This document shows positions 13,808 to 25,679 of a stretch of DNA of 64,000 nucleotides, piece after piece. Source of the stretch: Ophelia neglecta (taxonomy: Eukaryota); contig OZ260663.1 of the NCBI GenBank assembly GCA_965285935.1, positions 99,262,001 to 99,326,000 of the forward strand, in the 5' to 3' direction. A model generated the notes under the pieces. The model saw only the letters and a list, made by a program, of their open reading frames with translations, was not told the DNA's origin and searched no databases. Position numbers and translations under genes: made by a program. Numbering within the stretch: position 1 is the first letter of the stretch; each line of letters starts with the position of its first letter.

Positions 13808-14125
13808 TTCCCTACAACAACTACAAAATGTCACTCATATATCTACACATATTTTCTCCTTTCATAGTTCATTAATAGATAATTTTTAGCATGTCTACAT
13901 GTAGTTACTAGCTCGGATCTTTTATTCAGGCTAGCTTCTTCTGGACAGCATATAATGTAATATTTCTCCCATATACAAAGGTTGCATCTGTTTGTTGATG
14001 GTTGGTATGCCTTTGCCTGCTTTACAATTTTCCAGCTAATGTCAAAATCTTCACAGTTACAGTTGTTTTGAAATTGATGGATAGAAGTCCACTATATCAA
14101 ATTGCAGAAACGTGTATTTCCTTTT
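13808..14125 (-). mobile_element. Penelope-like (Naiad-type) remnant, copy 1, without the ribozyme segment
   Basis: RT motif KYTFLQFDIVDFYPSISKQL joined to GIY-YIG C-terminus FDISWKIVKQAKAYQPSTNRCNLCIWEKYYIICCPEEASLNKRSELVTTCRHAKNYLL. Confidence 0.85.
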
Positions 14126-14129
14126 CACT

Positions 14130-14874
14130 GTCAACTTCGAAATGTTTAAGGTACAGAATGGGCCACTTTTCCGGGGTTTTTACCTCTCAAGCAGCGCTTT
14201 CATTAAATGGTTATGATATGTCGTCAGGGGGTCAGGTTTCAAGGGGAAAGTTGGAATGGCCAAACATTGTCGTCAGATTGTCAGGTTGCAGCACCCGAAA
14301 CAATGATAACCTCTTACACAAACCCGCATTCGGCGCTATTACACATAAGAACCTAAAATCATTCCCCCCAAAATATTATTATAATGCAAGACCGTTTGGC
14401 CATAATGACGTTTCGCCATAAAGAAAAATAATAGAAAAATTTACCATAAGAACTTTATATCGTTCCTTATGATTTCGAATCTACTCAATGGAATATCCTT
14501 GATTAACGATTTGCTTTTTCAGCCTCATATTCACCTTTTTTATCAATATATAAGATGGGCCTGATTGAGACATGCTTTGTACTTTCGTAACACTAATTCA
14601 ATTATTTTATGTGCAATACATGATAGTATGTGTCCTACGTTTTTTTTCCTTCTGCTTGAAACTTAGTTCTCCCGATGAGTATAAATCCAATTATTCCAAT
14701 ATTTCCCTAGAACCACTAAGCTCTCCATAATAATGCGGTATCTAATTTAAAGCCACTGCTCGAAGTGGCGCCCTCCCGTGAATCATCCTCATTGATTTTC
14801 ATATATAAGATGGCGCATGCACCAAATATTAAAAGGCGGTCTTAGATCAACAATTTGCCACCAGATCTAGAGGC
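14130..14874. repeat. ~750-bp interspersed repeat, copy 2
   Basis: Matches 8301-9105. Confidence 0.85.
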
Positions 14875-15129
14875 ATATATCAATATGTATGGGATTTAGC
14901 TTTATGACACAAAATCTGATCTGTTTATAAACAAGAATGCCTATACAGCCATATAAGCGATGTCTTTAATGCATCAAATGTATAGCAATAGTTTGTAGAC
15001 CGGTTGCCAACTTTATTATAGACAAATTCACTTCTTTTTGCTCTTAAATATTAATGCTTTCCATGCGACCATATAAAATAGGTACGTAGCTGTAACTTAA
15101 TCTTTGCCTTTTTGTCTAATCAGCCATGC

Positions 15130-16220
15130 CACTTTATGTGTCGTCCTAGATTATCTATTTTCTTGTACATTTCATTCATTCGAAATATACGAACAATAGG
15201 GCCAATACAATATTCTAGGAAACTCTACTGAGACACCCAGCAGTCATTTGTGCGGATCTGCCTACAACACTGTGACACGTGAATAGGGAATAGCGCGCGT
15301 TGAAATTAAGTTTTATTTGTTACTTTTTTATGTCATTAGCGCCATTTAGTTGCGCGAGCTGGTTGTCATCGGACGTACATTATAGGTATGACCTTGTATA
15401 AAATACGTTACCTGTATTTAATCTTTTCACAATTTATTCTCTTCACGTCCCTTTCCTTCCCAGATTGATCCTTTTGTCCGGCGACATGGACGTATGATGA
15501 CTACCTAGGATGTAGTCAATGCCCACTCGAAGTTTTTTACTCCCGGACTGTAAAGGATGGCTGTCGTTCAATAATAAAAAAAACTTGATTATGCATGTTC
15601 TGTTGTTTTTTAAGCAATATTCTAAAATAATTGTTCTTCTGATTTTAAGAGTGCTCAGCCGGCCTCGTAGAGGAGAACTGTTGTAGTGTTCAATATAAGA
15701 ACCATGCCTGTGTAAAGGAGACAGGAGTGTGCTCTGATGGTGTACTGAATTATCTACCGGATCTGGGTGGATTGGCGAAAAGTTTGATGGAGAGTTACGT
15801 TAACAAATCTAGATGGAATATAAAATACTTATACGACAATCCTTCTACGGAAATGTACTGGAAAAATCTTGAGGTGTTACTTTTTTATATCCCCTTTTAA
15901 AGTGGGGTTCAGTTCGGAGGCAGCGATACTGTAGATAGAACCATAGTTAAGGTTACTACTAATTCTTTGACGTAGCGCTGGAAGGAGGGTATAGCTTTTT
16001 CACAGCAGGCCGCTATCTAAGTTGGCTATCAAATTGTCTATCGTCAGTCTAGTAACATGTAGGGCTCGAAATGCCGTACACACAGGACGAATGGCAACAG
16101 GGGACTGACGGGCATCTAAAGGCTGACACCGGGTACGAGGTTAACCTGCAGGCGTACATGGAAAAGGTGACGCGGTGCACATTGGTGCACATCATATCTT
16201 GACTCGATTATCAACTGTAA
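15130..16220 (+). pseudogene. Decayed exons of an F-type lectin + EGF-like + fibronectin type III receptor gene
   Basis: LRELVVIG at ~15350 (compare FTLD-terminal LCEVxVxG). EGF-like exon from acceptor at 15650: ECSAGLVEENCCSVQYKNHACVKETGVCSDG..GWIGEK. FN3 motifs VGYQIVYRQ (16021) and LKADTGYEVNLQAY (~16116). Several stops and frameshifts. Confidence 0.6.
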
Positions 16221-16353
16221 GATCTCTCCGTAACCGCACAATTTTCCTGTTCCGCTGACAGCTCCCACGAGCAATAATGCAATAGTATTTTATACGAATT
16301 TACTTATGTTCTCCTTAGTTTTATGTAATGGGTTTCCATTCAATTTATTTTAA

Positions 16354-17078
16354 GGAGGGTCACTGGGGCAAAATGGTGGAAAAGGGGGGGGGATTGAATT
16401 ATCACGCAGAAAGTTAAAACAAATACACTAATATTCGCCAATTCAATTATTCCTTTCATGAGAATCGGCAAGAATTTAAAATTATTTGATTGTGCCTCAC
16501 CCAAATACAGGTATCTCATCATGGTAACCTATAGATTGGCAAAATTTAATTTATTTTTTATATATATAGAGTTATGATGCACATTGCTTTGAAAAAAAAG
16601 TACCCCCTTATAGGCAACCGACCAATCTGCTTCATATATTAACATGACCTAGCCTTGTCAAGGTCAAGGTCAAAGGTCAAAGGCAGCTGAATAACACAAT
16701 TTCAATATTCTAATATTTGGGCAATGAATGTTGTTCAATACAGAAAAAATTAGTGCCGAAAGCATATAAAAATTATACATCATTGAAAAATTAATATGTC
16801 TACATCAAAGTAATGAGAAAAAAATCAGACTTGATGAATCTTTTTAAGCAATTTCTGATCATTTTAAACTATGGGGCCTATGTTCCCATATACTCCCATT
16901 ATAAAACCTGCGCAAAATCCACTATTTTTTTCATGGAATTTTCAACAAGACACAGCAAAAAAACGAGGTCCGCTATCCATAATTTTCTTTCGACATTTTC
17001 AATCCATCAACCAAGAGCTTCAAAAAAAAATGAAATAAAATATACATGTTTAATAAAAATTTACCGCTGTGACCCTCC
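16354..17078. mobile_element. Non-autonomous DNA transposon (Kolobok-like MITE), 725 bp
   Basis: TTAA on both flanks (16350-16353, 17079-17082). TIR GGAGGGTCAC perfect, extending imperfectly to ~21 bp. 5'-GG terminus fits Kolobok rather than piggyBac (5'-CC). Confidence 0.85.
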
Positions 17079-17427
17079 TTAATGATATTGCAGCAATAGC
17101 AAACACCACACGGATAGTACCGATAAAACAACCAACTCGTGTATCCCCAACCCATACAACCAATGTACAGACCGAGATGCCAAACCACCAACCACATCAG
17201 TGATACGGAAAACACAGCCGCACACGGTATCCCTAGCCCATACCATCAGTATACAGAGCAAGGAGGGAGACCAACCAGCTGTTCTTAAGAGTTCCTTTCC
17301 AGTAAAATCAACTTCGACTTTTGCATCTCAACATACCGTAGTTGCCAGCAACTCGTCTAAGGCAAGTGCTACCTAGGACGTCATAACAATGCCGCGACCA
17401 TCGGACTTATAACCAGGGTAACTCCTC

Positions 17428-20358
17428 ATTCCACTGGAGAAAAGACAACTAAACATCAGCCAGGACCCAAGACGGAAAGAAGCCCATATTGAAAATGGTG
17501 CTAAGACGGCCCTACATCAGCCAGGACAAAATTCGATGATGGACGCGAAGCCTTGGCCTATGTAGCTTCATGGACCATAGCCAGTGGGCTATTTAGCGTG
17601 ATGGACGCGAGGCAGTTGTCTATGTAGTGTGTTAGACGTGACGCAGTAACCTATGAAGCGTAGTAGGCGTGGGGCAGTGGCCCAAGTAGCTTGATAGACG
17701 TGAGGCAGTGATCTATGAAGCGTGCTGCAAGTGATGCATTGATCCATGTTGAGTGTTGGACCTGGAGCGGTGATATATGTAGAGTGATTGCCCTGAAGCA
17801 GTGGGGTATGTAGCATGATGGTCGTAAGGCAGTGGTCTATTTAGCGTGATGGATGTGAGGCAGTTGACTATGTAGCGTGATGGCATGAGAAGCTGTTATT
17901 CGCGTCGCGATAATAAAATTAGTCGAATATATACATCGTACCTCGATTGCTGTATTGTTTGGACATTTATGTTCCAAAGACGGTCACTGGCCCTATCAAA
18001 TTACAGGACCACACTTACTCCTGTCATTAATTTAAGACATTATCGCATGAGTTAATTAAAAGGTTTAAAGTCTTAGCCTCATCATTTATCACTTGGGTAA
18101 CAACCCATCTGTCAGATTTGATACCGCTAAAAGTCTGGACAGAATATAGCGACACCCCTATTACACCCCTATTACAGACGCATAAAAAATTACTTATTTA
18201 TATTATGCACAATGTTAAATTCACATGGGTAAAGGGAGTTTTATTTGGTTCTAGAATAACATAAAATTTATCAAACGATTATGTTAGTTTTAGGCTTGCG
18301 AAGCTATGACAGTTCCAGGGCTGCGGTATTTCTCCAAACGATATATCACCATAGTGGTGGCGTATAGCCCCACCGATAAAAGTTCTCCGTTAACTTTCCT
18401 CTTAAGCTCTTTGCACTGATCAACGATACCAACATGCACCATATACATTTACCATCCACATCATACACGTACAGATCCCCCCGTAACCGCCACGTGATAT
18501 ACTCAGTCGAAGCGGTCATCAGCACCGCCAGCCACTCACTACAAAATTACTGCTCGCACTCGATCACTGTGTTTGTGGTTTAGGCGGCCGAGTCAGTAGT
18601 ACGCGTACTCAGTGTCTGAATTTGATAAGATTTCAAAGCCACAAAGAATGTGTGACTAGAAATATGAATAATGTGATTTGAAGCACAGGGCCAACGAGTC
18701 AGTGCCCAACGTGGGACGCAGATTAGACATGTCCTAGTAGATTAGGATTGCATATACATTTTAAATGTCCGCATTTATTCGACTCTGGTGAAGTAGTAAA
18801 TTCTCCTTCCAGTTAGTAACGTGGAATTTCGCTGGGTAATGCTAGAGTGATTTCCTGTGGAAACCATCACCCTACCCTCAACAACGCCCAAGCCACCCTA
18901 CCTCCTACCAAGAACCCTGACACCTCACAGCATACTATATCATTTCCAGGAATTATGACATGGTGTTGCCAGTTATATTCCTTTACAGAGAAATATCACA
19001 TTGTTAGTGCTGATTGGTCCATGGTCCTCATAACGCGACAGTAGCTGTACTCACCACCTACACACACTGCTATGCTCAGAAAGGTAAACAATTGCAGAAG
19101 GAAACAATCTAAAAGACACCCCCTGCCACGATAGCAGCCATTGTGGCCACATAAAAAAAGTAAAAGCATATAGAACATCCATTACATTTGTTTATTTTGC
19201 CTTTCGATTACATAATTTGACAGAAACACTATCGACTTGGTGCAACACAAACTTTTAAGACATTTTAGATACATGTTATCTTTACATTACAATCGAACGA
19301 AAGTATTCATCATGTTCAAAGGTTCTAAACACCCTTCCTCAATTAACCGTTATAACATGGTCTCTATTGTATACTTTAGCGGATAAGCATTCTACTTCTT
19401 TAATGAACATTAATGTCACATTCAATTTTGGTTCTGAATGTTTTACAACTTTTCCAAGAGGCCCAATAAAATATGAAGATTTTAAGTAAGCTCGTTTTAG
19501 GAGACCCTAGATTCATATGTTATTTACTTTCCTAACTCGGTTTCCATATCAAGCCATCATGTCATTATTTGTTGTCTCTGGTTACCTAACTAACTATTGC
19601 TTTATTCTTTGGAAGATAATAATACTAGAAGACGCCCTTCTTTAGGAGGAAGCGTAAACGGCTGAAAGCGACGTAAGCCTCTAGATCATCCCAGTAAATG
19701 ACAGGACTAATTTTTGTTTAATTTGGATGTGCAAAGAAGGAAGGACTATAAAAAAATATGTTTTATTTTTGTCAGAGTTCTTCACATGAAAGAATTCCAA
19801 AAGTGCTCGACGCACAGTTTTTGTGCAGAGCAATATATACAAAATAAAATAACACAAACTCAAAATTGACTCATTATTATTCCTACTGTAAGTTTCATGA
19901 CTGCGGGGTGCAGCCATTCATCAGGGAATACATAACTCAGATTTGCGTTCAAATACATCGTTATAATTTCAATAACATTATATCGTCATGTCAACCACAT
20001 GCCGTGATGTCATAAACAATGGAATCTCCCAAAAGGGGGGATTCCCTACAACAACTACAAAATGTGACTCATATATCTACACATATTTTCTCCTTTCATA
20101 GTTCATTAATAGATAATTTTTAGCATGTCTACATGTAGTTACTAGCTCGGATCTTTTATTCAGGCTAGCTTCTTCTGGACAGCATATAATGTTATATATC
20201 TCCCATATACAAAGGTTGCATCTGTTTGTTGATGGTTGGTATGCCTTTGCCTGCTTTACAATTTTCCAGCTAATGTCAAAATCTTCACAGTTACAGTTGT
20301 TTTGAAATTGATGGATAGAAGTCCACTATATCAAATTGCAGAAACGTGTATTTCCTTT
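17428..20358. repeat. Segmental duplication copy C (paralog of 11454-14125)
   Basis: Collinear alignment; carries an extra ~275 bp (19767-20041) that includes the hammerhead. Confidence 0.9.
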
Positions 20359-20420
20359 TATCCTCCAGCGATTTAAACAATGCTACAACATCTGCCGTAC
20401 TTGGTAGAGCTTTAGCTGTA
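19770..20420 (-). mobile_element. Penelope-like (Naiad-type) retroelement remnant, internally deleted, with 3' pLTR-like region
   Basis: RT fragment TADVVALFKSLEDKRKYTFLQFDIVDFYPSISKQL (~20296-20400), then GIY-YIG C-terminus with RCNLC...LNKRSELVTTCRH, stop TAG at 20077-20079, then a hammerhead ~150 nt downstream. Confidence 0.85.
19878..19930 (-). ncRNA. Type I hammerhead ribozyme (minimal, PLE-associated)
   Basis: Minus strand UAUUCC-CUGAUGA-AUGGCUGC-acccc-GCAGUCAU-GAA-AC-uuaca-GU-A-GGAAUA. Stem I 6 bp, complete core, stem II 8 bp (one G-U), very short stem III, GUA cleavage triplet. Confidence 0.9.
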
Positions 20421-21224
20421 TTATACACTCTTTTGCTCTGGTGTAACTCAACTTCTTGTTTTGTTTTATTAAATGACTTATCTTGCGTGACCTAAATGCT
20501 GGCCGAAATAAGTAGTCGTTTGAATCAATTTTCAATTTTGCAGATTTCATATATCTTTGTAGAATTTCATAGGGGCATGCTGATGACTCGCCCCTGGCCA
20601 CTACTACCTCCCTGCCGGACCTGTACACATCAGTTTTACTCTTACTGATTTGGATGGTGACATGATCCTCTTTGAATTGAACATCATTACATAATAAGTT
20701 ATTGATCTCAGTGAATCTTAGAAAACCTGCGTATCCTTATACAATCATTGCTAAATCTCTTAAATCTATAACGTCGGTGGTACCTTGATACATGCTCTAT
20801 AGGGACTTCAAAATTTCGGAATCTATTACATCCTTCTTTTGTACTGGTTTAGTCGCTGTTCTCTTTGCCGTTTCTAGTAGATTTCTTACTAATTTACTGT
20901 CCTTGGGATCAGGATGGCCATTTAAGTTGTGTACCCATTTTATGGCATAGAAAGCAGCGGTGATCACATGGTTGGATTTCCCCTGGTCCAACAGACTTGT
21001 AATGTACATTGCTACATAAACTGGTTTTGCTGGTTTGGCAATTAGTTTATTCACTTCACAAAAATGCTCGAAATGCGAGAGAGAGTTTTTGTACTTTTTC
21101 ACGGTATTTTCCGACCTGGATTGTAGCAGGTATCCAGTCATATTGTCTATCAGACTTTCATTTCCGATCAGATCAACTCCGGTATCCGTGAACTTTCTCT
21201 TGAGTGATGACTTCAGGCCAACAT
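20420..21224 (-). pseudogene. Tyrosine recombinase (core-binding plus partial catalytic domain)
   Basis: SRSENTVKKY...AAFYAIKWVH; GFLRF (catalytic Arg region); KSKTDVYRSG...ACPY...LFRP...KLSYTRAKE. The H-x-x-R box and catalytic Tyr are missing. Confidence 0.85.
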
Positions 21225-21466
21225 CTGTTGAAAAGATCATTATGTTAGTAATGTGTCCGTCTGACACTATTATATATATGCCGTATGTACGGGTGATGGT
21301 TTAGTTAAAAGTAGCTTACCAAACGTTAATATATCGCAATACGGGCCTGTATATAGAGGCCTACAATAAGTGTTTAAGTACATTTGCTACGTTTGTCAAA
21401 TTACATTATGTTCGTATGTCTAGTCTTATTCTATCTAGGACAAAATTCAAAATTCAATCCTTAAAG

Positions 21467-22340
21467 CTAACATGCTGAATGACAGGCTTTGTCTACTGAA
21501 AAACCCGTTGCTGCTCTATCTTCTGTTATAATGCCCGTTCTGGGTAATTCTACAACCTGACGTATGTAACTTTTGAAAATTCCATTTGTTTGACGCAAGC
21601 GCGGCCAGAAAGGGGCGCTTATCCACTTAGGAATGAGTAAGGTACAATGGGCACTTTCACTCTCTAATTTTTGGATACAGTCGTTTATTAACCTTGCTGG
21701 TGGAACTAACCAGTTGTTATCGCCCGCCCAGACCTGCGTGAAGGCGTCTATGCCTTCAGTTCCGGGTACCCACCATCGGGAATTAAATCGATTGCATTTT
21801 GTGTTAAATTGCGAGGCGAATCTGTCCACTTTGTGAGGACCCCACAATAAATAAAAATACTGAAGAGTTTCTCCTGTATGCCCCAGTCATCACTGTTTCT
21901 ACAACGACTCAATGATCGGCTATCTCGTTTTGATTGCGAGGAATCCACTTTGGATCCACTGCGATTCATTTGCTTTTACAGAAAATCTCTAAATCGACTG
22001 CAATTTTGTGCAGATCGGATTTATTGCTGCCGTTGACTATACGGACTGGGCGTTTTTGTTATCTGTCAAGACAGTCACCTGCTTGCGTTTCAATTTTTAT
22101 GCTATGCTTTTGATGACCCGACTTATGGCCTCAGTTTCTCTCCAAGTGGAACTCTTATTGCTTTCAATTTCATTCCAATGGCCGATAACTTCCTCGCTGG
22201 AAATATCAAAGCTCTGACCAGCTCTCGATACAAATTTGGGGCTCTCTACTGCATTAGCGCTATACTTAACCTTTTCACTTGGTAGCCTACACAACTTTTT
22301 ACAGTTTATACCACAAGAAAGTAATGGAATCGCCTTTTTT
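21467..22340 (-). pseudogene. RNase H and DNA N6-adenine methyltransferase-like domains of the YR-element pol
   Basis: GHWNEIESNKSSTWRETEAI, VTVLTDNKN, WGPHKVDRFASQFNTKCNRFNS...DAFTQVW...NNWLVPP...LLIPKW..APFWP. Confidence 0.85.
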
Positions 22341-22342
22341 TT

Positions 22343-22960
22343 CTATTCCTTGGGGCTTTTGCCCACCTTAGGCGTTCCTGACGTTATCATACCAAACCTA
22401 CAGTGTTGCGAGGTTATTGTCATTGCATGTTTATGCCACGTTCTACCCGCTTCTGGGGGTACGGTTTTTACCAGTTGGCTCATAGTTCTTCCAGTTTCTG
22501 GGGCTACAATATTTACCTGTTGTCTTTGACTTTTACCCACTTCCGGGGGTACAACCTTTATATGTTGTCTCTGACTTTTACCCACTTCAAGGGGTACACT
22601 ATTTAGCTGTTTGTTAACCTTGAACATATATAGATATGGATTGATATGTCTACAGTCTAGTACCAACCTGGGTTTGCCTACTTTGTTGTAAGCTACCGTC
22701 AAAGGGTTTACAACGTGGGGTACCTCCTCTACCCCGGAAACTACTCCCTTCTGCAAGAGGCTGCTTATTTCTCCTCTTACGAACTCTGGATTATCTCTGG
22801 CTGATTTGTTGTTTTTTAAAAGTACTCTTGGCGGTGTCTTTCTGAAAGGTAGTTTGTAACCCTCTCTGATTACGCTACATATATATTTATTATCTGACAC
22901 ACTTTCTTATTGTGAAATACAAGACTTCAATCTACCCACAGGAGAAATGCCAGCTGCTTT
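22343..22960 (-). pseudogene. N-terminal RT of the YR element, fused in frame to a 15-aa repeat (RT core deleted)
   Basis: IREGYKLPF...NNKSA...PHVVNPLTVA...KPRLVLDCRHIN, then repeats VPPEVGKSQRQHIKV; no YxDD present. Confidence 0.8.
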
Positions 22961-23049
22961 TCCACCATTACCTCTTTCCGTAACGATGATTTGCCTTCGA
23001 TTTTGCGTGTCAGTTGTACTACTCTGTGTTTTTTGTTCTATACTTTCTT

Positions 23050-23746
23050 CATTACGGCAGTTACTTATAGTGCTACTTATCTTATTGTTGGAGCTGTTTG
23101 CCGAGCATTCTGGGGCCCCCTTCCAGTGCCCTGGTTTTCCATAGGCGAAACAAAGTCCAGGCTTACGTCCCTGTGACGCTGCATAGCTGGTCCCCTGTGG
23201 AAATGGTGTTTATTGCTGCTCAGGAACGTATCTAGCCGTGAGTTTCTTGTACGGTGCCGCTCTTGCTGTTCTGGTTTTCTAGACCATTGCTACCTTCCAC
23301 TTTCGTGTGGCCCGAGCTTCTGCTTTGTAGATACGCTTCTCATCCTCGGAGTCGCTTGCTTAGGGGTTCGCACGTATTCGTTGACCACTCTCCAGCCGAG
23401 CTCAGAAGAGTCCGCCATCTTAATGAGTTTCTGGCGCAGTGCCAACATGGCTTTTGCTTCAACTAGTTTTTCTCTTCCTTCTAGAGATTTTGAGGCGTCG
23501 CAGCAACCCTCAGCTGCCTGTAATTTCAATGTGAGTTAAGGATTGACCTTGTACTGCTCTTCGTTGCTTTTTCTCTTGAACTTGAACTGTTACGACATTC
23601 GTTACTGTTTCTAACTGAGGAGAATTAGAAACGCCACTTATCTTATCGAACATATTGCCCATCTCTGACAGCATATCCCTTTTGTTAGTTCCAGACTGGA
23701 CTTGAATTTTTCTTCCACGAGGTTCTCTAAGTCAGATGCGTCCATT
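23050..23746 (-). pseudogene. gag-like ORF of the YR element (second copy ~28850-29540)
   Basis: KRKSNEEQYK...[43 protein letters not shown], a motif typical of invertebrate DIRS/Ngaro ORF1. Confidence 0.75.
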
Positions 23747-25679
23747 TTGTTAAAGGCCTGTACCGGTGGCGTGTTGCCTCGATGAAGTCTGCGCTAGAAC
23801 TGGCCAACGTGCGGCCGGCCCATCTGGTCGCTTCAACCAGGCCACTCCTTCTGGCCCGCTCCTACTACCGTGTAGGCCTGGGCCTTTACAATACTCCCAA
23901 TACATGCATTGTCTACATTTCAATAAGACATTAGTTATCCGCTTTACGCTGTACCGCGGAGAACTGTGACTGTACAGGCTGATGGGGGTTGTACGGAGGA
24001 GCACGGGGGAGGGGGGTTGGGAGTGGGGGCAGACCGCTTAGCTCGAAGACGCCACTCCCCGGTGGGGCAAGTGCACGGGGGCTTGGTGTGGGATGGGTGT
24101 CTCCTCCCAGGTGAACATGGCTTATAGTGTAATATAGGACGCTGGGGATGTAATGTGTGGCTCATTAAATCAGGCCTGCTTTGCTCCCAGACCCACCCCC
24201 CACCCCCTCCCTAGGTAAACACCAAGACCAAGGGGCACTGGACGGGAGGTGGGGGTGGGGTAGACCGTCCCCTCGCCCATTCCACCCCCCTGTAAGCCCT
24301 CAGAACACCCCCCCCCCCCCCTGTCCACCATGGGGAGACACCCGTCCCCTCGCCCTTACCATGACAGCAGAGCTCCCCTTCCCCGACATCCCCATGAGCC
24401 AGTACCCATACAATACTGCTACACACATACTAATGTACTGGACCCGGTTGCTGAAAGCGGTATTAACTTTAATTTTAACTTTTAAGGATTTAATTAGCCT
24501 ATTACCGATTAGCCGACACCGCATTAATCCGTGTTTCTATTGACCATGATTAAGTTTAAGACCAAACTGCCAAGGTTAAAGACCGAATCCAGCCACTAGC
24601 AGGGGCGGATCGAGAGAGCCTGCCCCCCCCCCCCCACCCACCAATTTTTTTATACTCCGAACAAGCCCATTTAGGCGCCCAAAACATAGGCAACTAGATG
24701 CATGTATGTACCCGCCCCAGCTTCTGTGCCCCCCCCCTTTTTCAATTCCTCCACATAGAGTGGGCCCCCTGGGGGTTGGGGGTGGGGGGGGGGCAGGTTA
24801 GTGGGGGCCGGGGGGATGGGGTCACAGGGGTTAGAATCCCCGTCTCCTACCCTGAGCTCATCGTCCGTCTTATTGTATCTATAAGCTTATTTTCTGACGT
24901 TTAAAGCTGGTCGAGGTGTATACAAACACCGCTGTCAAACACTCAGCAGGTGTTAAAACTTCGGGGACGGGGGGGGGGGGGGGGGGTAGCTGAGTTGATT
25001 TATGGACAGGGTGAACGTTTATCTGCTAGGTATAGTTGGCCCATGAAAATGCTATTACCAAAGTGATGAATAAATACTCTTACCAATACAGAATTTGTAA
25101 AAAAAACAACAACAAGACAACACTATTTGGGCGGGACTTAACTGTACACCAGTTTTTAGGGGATTCTAAGAGACACCTGTATACAGATTGTCCGTTAATG
25201 GTGTATCTCCCCATTGGGGGTGGGGGTGGTGGTGGTGGTGGGTGGGGGTGGAGGTGGCGGGCGGGGGTTATTGTTGTTTTTTATAGGTCTATCTTTATTA
25301 TGATAGAGCCCCTCATTATGCGATCTTCCCGATAAATCAGGCTAAATTTCCGGCCTAGCTAGTTAGTTGAACTACATTAATGACATGCCTTATTTTCCAC
25401 CATCGAGTCCTCCATCTTTCTAATGAACTGATGTTGTGTCTTATTACAGTATAAGTTAGTAATTCGGTTAAAATGTAATGTTTATTGAAGTGGCCTTTTG
25501 TAACCTACCTACATAGTATATATATCTCCCGCAGTGAAGTTCACTGTGTTAAGGCGCAAACACTATAACAAGTCTGTTTTTTTCGATTTATTCACAGGGG
25601 GGAGGGGGGGGGGGGGCTCTTCCAAAAAAAATCGCATATAGGGGCTGGAGGTTGCATTACTGTACACTTGCCTGATGCA

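Larger units (their letters stand above)
11454..14125. repeat. Segmental duplication copy B (paralogous to ~17428-20358; its 13179-13766 part recurs at ~62184-62763)
   Basis: Long collinear high-identity alignment visible by eye. Confidence 0.9.
20420..23950 (-). mobile_element. DIRS/Ngaro-like tyrosine-recombinase retrotransposon, defective and 3'-truncated (5' boundary approximate)
   Basis: Domain order gag-like, RT, RNase H, methyltransferase-like, YR; many stops and frameshifts. Confidence 0.9.

Noticed and set aside
19960-20046. SECIS element (some Naiads encode selenoproteins) and the hairpin ggaatctccc-aaaag-gggggattcc
   Set aside because: The hairpin is real, but no AUGA/GA quartet with an apical AA was found, and the GIY-YIG Cys codons are TGC/TGT, not TGA
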